The position numbers and the translations under genes are program-made. This document shows positions 42,872 through 42,956 of a DNA stretch of 42,956 nucleotides, one piece after another. Below the pieces are notes generated by a model, which was not told where the DNA came from, made no database searches, and was given only the letters and a program-made list of their open reading frames with translations. Origin of the DNA: a virus (lineage: Duplodnaviria > Caudoviricetes); the IMG/VR virus record IMGVR_UViG_3300048670_000236, positions 1-42,956 of that record, one strand, 5' to 3'. The first letter of the stretch is position 1. Each line of letters opens with the position of its first letter.

Positions 42872-42956
42872 GCGGTACCGGATGCCTTACGCAAAGAAAT
42901 ATGGCGACGAGTGAACCTTGTTGAGGTCCAGTTCGCCGACAGATGGAGGAAGAGGA
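42830..42956. repeat. Terminal overlap copy (identical to 1-127)
   Basis: Direct sequence identity. Confidence 0.95.

Overview
Complete, circularly assembled genome (~42,829 bp; bases 1-127 are repeated at 42830-42956 as an assembly overlap) of a GC-rich temperate T7-like podophage (Autographiviridae-like), probably infecting an alphaproteobacterium (inference). All protein genes are on the minus strand. Linear order from the predicted genome end (~10.8 kb, running toward lower coordinates): structured leader, early genes (GP88-like Fe-S protein, C5 methyltransferase, SleB-like hydrolase, small ORFs), MarR-like repressor, tRNA-Leu(UAA) on the plus strand, tyrosine integrase, attP, single-subunit RNA polymerase; then (wrapping round) SSB, resolvase, amidase, primase-helicase, PolA, exonuclease, dNMP kinase, MazG-like protein, free-standing endonuclease, class II RNR, portal, scaffold, major capsid, tail and internal virion proteins, fibre, lysis cassette, terminases and a HExxH protease. 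Highlights: (1) a lambda-style attP whose 16-bp core is only the anticodon arm of a bacterial tRNA-Leu(UAA), paired with a complete phage tRNA-Leu(UAA) that has a recoded anticodon stem and its own antisense promoter, suggesting a destroy-and-replace integration system; (2) a 608-nt group I intron with an EndoVII-type homing endonuclease splitting the major capsid gene; (3) a five-copy 20-bp operator-like motif; (4) a long structured early leader RNA with mutually exclusive pairings. All calls come from reading the sequence and recognising motifs; no searches were run.
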